A DNA stretch of 38,198 nucleotides, from positions 1 to 38,198 of the forward strand of contig JAIROU010000281.1 in assembly GCA_031257375.1 (NCBI GenBank). Direction: 5' to 3'. Positions 33,700 to 38,198 of this stretch are shown piece after piece. Below the pieces are notes generated by a model. That model was not told the origin of the DNA. It saw only the letters and a list, made by a program, of their open reading frames with translations, and made no database searches. Source of the stretch: Bifidobacteriaceae bacterium. GTDB lineage: Bacteria > Actinomycetota > Actinomycetes > Actinomycetales > WQXJ01. The translations under genes and the position numbers were made by a program. Numbering within the stretch: position 1 is the first letter of the stretch; each line of letters opens with the position of its first letter.

Positions 33700-34920
33700 C
33701 TAGAAATCGTCGCTGAGAAGCCATTCCGGCAGGCTGGCGTGGATTATGCCGCGGTCGCTCGAACCGGCGTGGGGGTCGAGGCTGACGACGTACTTGGGAT
33801 GGTTGTCCGGCAACGCCAGGAGTGGCGCGGCCTCGCGCTCCCAAGTCTGAGGCGACCGGCTGACCAGGTAGGCCACCTGGACGTAGAGCCGACTGCCTTG
33901 GCGGTCGGCCACGAAATCGATCTCCTTGTCGCCGGACCGGCCGACGTGCACGTCGTAGCCGCGGCGGCGCAGTTCCGCCCAGACGATGTTTTCGAGCAGG
34001 CCAGGCAAGCGGGTCGGAGAGGCGCCCAGGAGGGTGTTGGGCAGCGAATGATCCGCCGCGTAGTATTTCTCGCCCGTTCGCAGGATGGCTTTGCCGCGCA
34101 GGTCAAGGGGCTGAACCCGGGCTAAGAGGAAGGACTCTTGCAGGGCCGTCAGGTAGGTGTGAATTGTTTCCGGGTCAGCTGCGCGCTGTTCAGATTTCAA
34201 GAAGCGCGTTACCGCGCTGGCGGAGAACGGGTTGCCGATGTTGTCCAGCGCGAAGGCCGCGATCCGCCGGAGGAGGTCGGGGCGCCTGATGCGGTGCCGT
34301 TCGATCGTGTCCCGCAGCAGCGCCGATGCGTAGATGTCGCGCACCGCTGTGGCGGTTTGGGTGGCGGTTAGGTCCAGTGCCGCCGGACCCGGGAAGCCGC
34401 CGCGCCGCAAGTATTCGTCGAACTGTTGGGCCGGGCTGAGGGCCGCCCAATCGGAGACCTGCCGCCTGAAGTCTCCGAATTCCCCGAACGAGAGCGGCCA
34501 CACATCGGTGGCGACATAGCGTCCCGCGATGTGGGTGGCAAGCTCGGAGGACAGCAGGCGGGAGTTGGACCCTGTCAGATAGATGTCGACTCCGCGCGCG
34601 TGCAAGGAATTGACCGCCTTCTCCCATTCGGCCACTTCTTGGACCTCGTCTAGGAGCAGGTGGGCCAAGCCACTTTCCGGCAACCAGGCCTCGACCCTCT
34701 GATGCAAAGCCTTGGCCGTTGTCAGATCGGCCAGCGCCAGGTCCTCGAAATTGAGGCACAAGACTCGTTCGGGGGCGGCCCCGCGCTCCTGAAGCTCCTC
34801 CCCCATCAAGGTCAGCAGGCTCGACTTGCCGGATCGCCTGATGCCCGTGATGACCTTGATGAAAGGCTTACCGATGAAGGGCGCGATGCGTTCGACGTAA
34901 GACTGCCTTGGTATCAGCAC
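33700..34920 (-). CDS. ATP-binding protein, AAA_14 + DUF4143 architecture
   Basis: 406 aa with Walker A GIRRSGKSSLL and Walker B LLLDEVQEV. The C-terminal region ...DKEIDFVADRQGSRLYVQVAY... is typical of this family. Confidence 0.85.
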   Translation of the reverse strand: MLIPRQSYVERIAPFIGKPFIKVITGIRRSGKSSLLTLMGEELQERGAAPERVLCLNFEDLALADLTTAKALHQRVEAWLPESGLAHLLLDEVQEVAEWEKAVNSLHARGVDIYLTGSNSRLLSSELATHIAGRYVATDVWPLSFGEFGDFRRQVSDWAALSPAQQFDEYLRRGGFPGPAALDLTATQTATAVRDIYASALLRDTIERHRIRRPDLLRRIAAFALDNIGNPFSASAVTRFLKSEQRAADPETIHTYLTALQESFLLARVQPLDLRGKAILRTGEKYYAADHSLPNTLLGASPTRLPGLLENIVWAELRRRGYDVHVGRSGDKEIDFVADRQGSRLYVQVAYLVSRSPQTWEREAAPLLALPDNHPKYVVSLDPHAGSSDRGIIHASLPEWLLSDDF

Positions 34921-35117
34921 GGCTTGCCCCCATCCATCGCCAACTTGGCCGGTTATAACCCGTTAAGACACGGTACGCCGACCCATGCGCGGATTACAAC
35001 CGGTGAACCTATCCGCTGACCCGTTGAGCGCGGACAGGACCCTTGAAGCGGGCGCCGGGCGGCGCGCCGCGGTCGTACCCCATACCACCTGTTCTACTGA
35101 CTTGGTATGGTTTAACC

Positions 35118-35381
35118 GTGCCGGTCAGTTATTCCACAGTCACAGCGAAGGGCCAGATCACTTTGCCCAGCGGCATGCGGACGGCGCTGGAGATTGAACC
35201 CGGGCAAAGGGTGGCCGTCCGCCAGGAGGGCGGCACGATAGTGGTCAGCCCGGCCAAGACCGTGACCACTCTCCGGCGCCACCTGCAGGAGCAGATGGCG
35301 CAGGCGGGCACTTTGGGCCAGGCCCCCACCAGCCCCGCCGGTTGGCACGCCCAGGCGCGCAGCCGGAGCGAATCGGAGTGA
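35118..35381 (+). CDS. AbrB/MazE/SpoVT-family antitoxin
   Basis: STVTAKGQITLPSGMRTALEIEPGQRVAV is a SpoVT-AbrB motif. The frame is open from 35043. The GTG at 35118 was chosen because homologues start just before this motif. No clear RBS. Confidence 0.7.
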   Translation: MPVSYSTVTAKGQITLPSGMRTALEIEPGQRVAVRQEGGTIVVSPAKTVTTLRRHLQEQMAQAGTLGQAPTSPAGWHAQARSRSESE

Positions 35382-35384
35382 TGG

Positions 35385-35801
35385 GTGGCGACGCTCGACA
35401 CCAACTGCCTACTGCGGTGGCTGACGGGAGATGTGCCCGAACAGGCCGCCGATGTCGAAGCGCTGATCGCCCGAGGGCGGGAGTGGGCGGTGCCGGATGT
35501 CGCCCTGCTGGAGGTTGTCTTCGTTCTTGAGAAGGTCAACCGGCTGCCGCGGCAGTTCGTGGCCGAGGCCATCCAGACTGTCCTGGCTCAGGACGCCTTT
35601 GCGGTCGACCGCGAATTGTGGGGCGAATTGTCCGACGTCTACCTGGCACTCCCGAAGCTGTCTGCGGCTGACATCTACCTGGTCCTCGACGCCCGGCGGC
35701 GCGGCCGGGAGCCGGTCTACACTTTCGACCGCAAGCTCGCCGCCCAGTTGCCAGGCGCGGCGCCGGTTCCGGCCAGCCAGGTTCGCCCGCCGGACCGCTG
35801 A
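35385..35801 (+). CDS. vapC: PIN-domain toxin (VapC family)
   Basis: 138 aa with a GTG start 3 nt after the antitoxin stop. ATLDTNCLLRWL, LLEVVFVL, SAADIYLV and TFDRKL give the four expected acidic positions. Confidence 0.8.
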   Translation: MATLDTNCLLRWLTGDVPEQAADVEALIARGREWAVPDVALLEVVFVLEKVNRLPRQFVAEAIQTVLAQDAFAVDRELWGELSDVYLALPKLSAADIYLVLDARRRGREPVYTFDRKLAAQLPGAAPVPASQVRPPDR

Positions 35802-35882
35802 CGCCACCGCCCCACTCCTCGGCATGGGGCGCCGCATGCGGTATGCGGTTCGAGGTGCCGCCTTCCCGCATGTCAGAGTCGT

Positions 35883-38198
35883 TTATTGCGACCAGGCCTT
35901 GAAGCGGCGCAGGCGGAGCGAGTTGGAGACCACGAAGATCGAGCTCAGCGCCATGGCCGCGCCCGCGATCAGGGGATTGAGCAGTCCGAACGCGGCCAGC
36001 GGGAGGGCGGCGGTGTTGTAGGCGAAGGCCCAGAACAGGTTCGTCTTGATGGTGCGCAGCGTGGCCGCCGAGAGCCGGATCGCGTCCGGCACCGTCCGCA
36101 GGTCGCCGCGCACCAAGGTCAGGTCGCCGGCCTCGATGGCCGCGTCCGCGCCGGTGCCCATGGCCAGGCCGAGATCGGCGGTGGCCAGCGCCGCCGAGTC
36201 GTTGATGCCGTCGCCGACCATCGCCACCCTGGCCCCGACCGCCCGCAGTTCCTCGATCACGGCCACTTTCTCACCCGGCGCCACCCCGGCGACGACGCGC
36301 TCGATCCCGACCGCCTGGGCGATCGCCGCCGCCGCCCGCTGGTTGTCGCCGGTCAGCAGCACCGGCGTCAGCCCCAGCCGCTTCAGTTCGGCGACCGCTT
36401 GGGCGGAGGTCGGCTTGGGCGCGTCGGCCACAGCCACGATCCCGCGCACTTGGCCCTCCCAACCAGCCGCGATGACGGTTTGGCCCAGTCCCTCGGCTTG
36501 CCCGATGCCGTCGGCCAGCGCTTCGCTCAAAGCCAGGCCTTCGTCTTTGGCCCAGTCGGGTTTGCCCGCCAGGACGGCGCGGCCCTCGACCAGGCCCCGG
36601 ACCCCCCGGCCGGGCACGGCGGCGAAGTCTTGGACGGCTGGGAACGGGGCGGCGGGGCTGGCGGGGCTGGCGGTGTCGGCGGCGTGGCGGGCGGCGCCTG
36701 CGGCATCGGCGGCGTGGCGGGCGACGGCGGCGGCCAAGGGGTGCTCCGAGGCCGACTCGAGCGTCCCGGTCAGCCGCCAGAACTCGGCCGGGTCCTGGCC
36801 CAGGGCCAAGGTGGCGCTGGTCACGGACATCCGCCCGGTGGTGATGGTGCCGGTCTTGTCCAGGACCACGGTGTCGATCCGGCGGACCGATTCGAGCACT
36901 TCCGGCCCCTTGATGAGAATGCCGAGCTGGGCGCCCCGGCCGGTCCCGACCAGCAGGGCGGTCGGCGTGGCCAGGCCCAGGGCGCAGGGGCAGGCGATGA
37001 TGGTGACCGCGACCGCGGCCGTGAAGGCGCGGGTCGGATCGCCCGTCGCAATCAGCCAGGCGATCAATGTGATCAGCGCCAACGCCACCACCACTGGCAC
37101 AAAGATCCCGGCCACCCGGTCGGCCAGGCGCTGGACGGCGGCCTTGCCGCTTTGGGCGTCGGAAACCAATTTGGCGATCTGGGCCAGGGCCGTGTCGGCG
37201 CCCACCCGGGTCGCCTGGACCACCAGCCGGCCCTCGACGGCGACCGTCGCGCCGGTCACGGCGTCGCCCGGGCCGATCTCGACCGGCACGGACTCGCCGG
37301 TCAGCAGCGAGGCGTCGACGGCGCTGGCCCCTTCGAGCACCAGTCCATCGGTGGCGATCTTCTGGCCCGGCCGGACCAGGAAGATGTCACCGACTCTGAT
37401 CTGGTCGGCCGGGGTCAACCGCTCCGGGCCGCCGGGGCCGTCCGGCAAAACGGTCACTTGCTTGGCGCCGAGGTCAAGCAAGGCCCGCAAGGCCGCCCCC
37501 GACTGGCGCTTGGCGCGGGCCTCGAAATAGCGCCCGGCCAGGATGAAGACCGTCAGCGCGGCGGCCACCTCGAGGTAGATTTCGGCCTGGCCGCCGCCGG
37601 TCCAGGAGAACTCCATCTTCATGCCCTCCATGCCGGCCCCGCCCCAGAACAGCGCCCAGATCGACCACAAGAAGGCGGCGGAGACGCCCAGCGATATCAA
37701 GGTGTCCATGGTCGCGGCGCCGTGGCGGAGGTTGATCCAGGCCGCCCGGTGGAAAGGCAGCGCCCCCCACACCGCCACCGGCGCGGCCAGGGTCAGGCTC
37801 AGCCACTGCCAGTGGTCGAACTGCAGCGGCGGGATCATGGCCAGGACCAGCACCGGGGTGGTCAGGACGGCGCTGATGATCAGGCGTTGGCGGATGGCGG
37901 CGGCGGCGCTTGGCTGGGCGGGCGCGGCATCGGCGGCGTTGTGCTGGGCTGTCGCGAGCGTGACCGGGCTGGCGGGCTGGTCGAGTTGGACGGCGCCGTA
38001 GCCGGCCGCTTCGACCGCCGCGATCAGATCGGCGGCCGTGACGCCGCCGGTGACGGTGACGGCGGCGGTCTCCAGGGCCAGGTTGACGCTGGCCTGGACG
38101 CCGTCGAGCTTGTTCAGCTTCTTGTCGATGCGGTTGGCGCAGGCGGCGCAGGTCATGCCGGTCAGGGCCAGCTTGATGGTCAGATCGGAAGAGCGTCG
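35883..38198 (-). CDS. copA: copper-translocating P1B-type ATPase (5' end beyond the window)
   Basis: HMA motif GMTCAAC at the window edge (the frame stays open to nt 38198). Also CPC ([13 protein letters not shown]), DKTGT ([10 protein letters not shown]) and GDGIND (MVGDGINDS). Confidence 0.9.
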   Translation of the reverse strand, partial: RRSSDLTIKLALTGMTCAACANRIDKKLNKLDGVQASVNLALETAAVTVTGGVTAADLIAAVEAAGYGAVQLDQPASPVTLATAQHNAADAAPAQPSAAAAIRQRLIISAVLTTPVLVLAMIPPLQFDHWQWLSLTLAAPVAVWGALPFHRAAWINLRHGAATMDTLISLGVSAAFLWSIWALFWGGAGMEGMKMEFSWTGGGQAEIYLEVAAALTVFILAGRYFEARAKRQSGAALRALLDLGAKQVTVLPDGPGGPERLTPADQIRVGDIFLVRPGQKIATDGLVLEGASAVDASLLTGESVPVEIGPGDAVTGATVAVEGRLVVQATRVGADTALAQIAKLVSDAQSGKAAVQRLADRVAGIFVPVVVALALITLIAWLIATGDPTRAFTAAVAVTIIACPCALGLATPTALLVGTGRGAQLGILIKGPEVLESVRRIDTVVLDKTGTITTGRMSVTSATLALGQDPAEFWRLTGTLESASEHPLAAAVARHAADAAGAARHAADTASPASPAAPFPAVQDFAAVPGRGVRGLVEGRAVLAGKPDWAKDEGLALSEALADGIGQAEGLGQTVIAAGWEGQVRGIVAVADAPKPTSAQAVAELKRLGLTPVLLTGDNQRAAAAIAQAVGIERVVAGVAPGEKVAVIEELRAVGARVAMVGDGINDSAALATADLGLAMGTGADAAIEAGDLTLVRGDLRTVPDAIRLSAATLRTIKTNLFWAFAYNTAALPLAAFGLLNPLIAGAAMALSSIFVVSNSLRLRRFKAWSQ

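Noticed and set aside
33572-33844. N-terminal extension of the aminotransferase ORF. The mntA ORF extension at 12642..12854 is the same kind of case.
   Set aside because: The extensions are R/P-rich with no homology-like content. Internal ATGs have good Shine-Dalgarno sequences (AAGGAAAG and AAGGAG) and give proteins of the expected family length.
1-38198. CRISPR arrays, rRNA or tRNA genes, integrase or att sites flanking the island.
   Set aside because: The short tandem repeats found (22-bp x2.3, 11-bp x2 at 9706..9727, decamers, 9-bp x3) lack spacer architecture. I found no cloverleaf-capable segments, no rRNA-like conserved blocks, and no integrase ORF or flanking direct repeats by eye.

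Overview
High-GC (roughly 70%) chromosomal segment, almost certainly from an actinobacterium. This rests on codon bias, an actinobacterial-type ValRS, a long type-2 IleRS and a DUF222-HNH gene. Housekeeping anchors are valS (554..3238, -), ileS (12842..16105, +) and a 5'-partial copper P-type ATPase at the right edge.

Between valS and ileS lies about 9.5 kb of accessory DNA:
- a stand-alone AAA+ ATPase and a small membrane protein;
- two adjacent AbrB-type antitoxin/PIN toxin pairs;
- a lower-GC mosaic island (about 6780..9700) with a Cys-rich small protein, a truncated Jag_N-domain gene fused to IS debris, and a TPR protein;
- a DUF222-HNH endonuclease;
- an MntA/HepT pair whose toxin gene carries an in-frame TAG.

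After ileS come a protein with three 77-aa HEAT-like repeats and a DUF4143 ATPase preceded by a phased repeat array. Next is a convergent polyamine uptake and catabolism cluster of about 14.5 kb. Its + arm is patD-like aldehyde dehydrogenase, potABC, two potD and an amidohydrolase. Its - arm is aminotransferase, FAD oxidoreductase, GATase1 and S9 peptidase. The window ends with a second DUF4143 ATPase and a third AbrB/PIN pair.

I saw no rRNA, tRNA or CRISPR array. Many very long ORFs in the track are out-of-frame or antisense artefacts of high GC.

The best candidate for something undescribed is the low-GC island inside the toxin-antitoxin/HNH neighbourhood. The phased operator-like arrays upstream of the stand-alone ATPases come second. 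Both are inference from context and need database and structural checks that I cannot run here.
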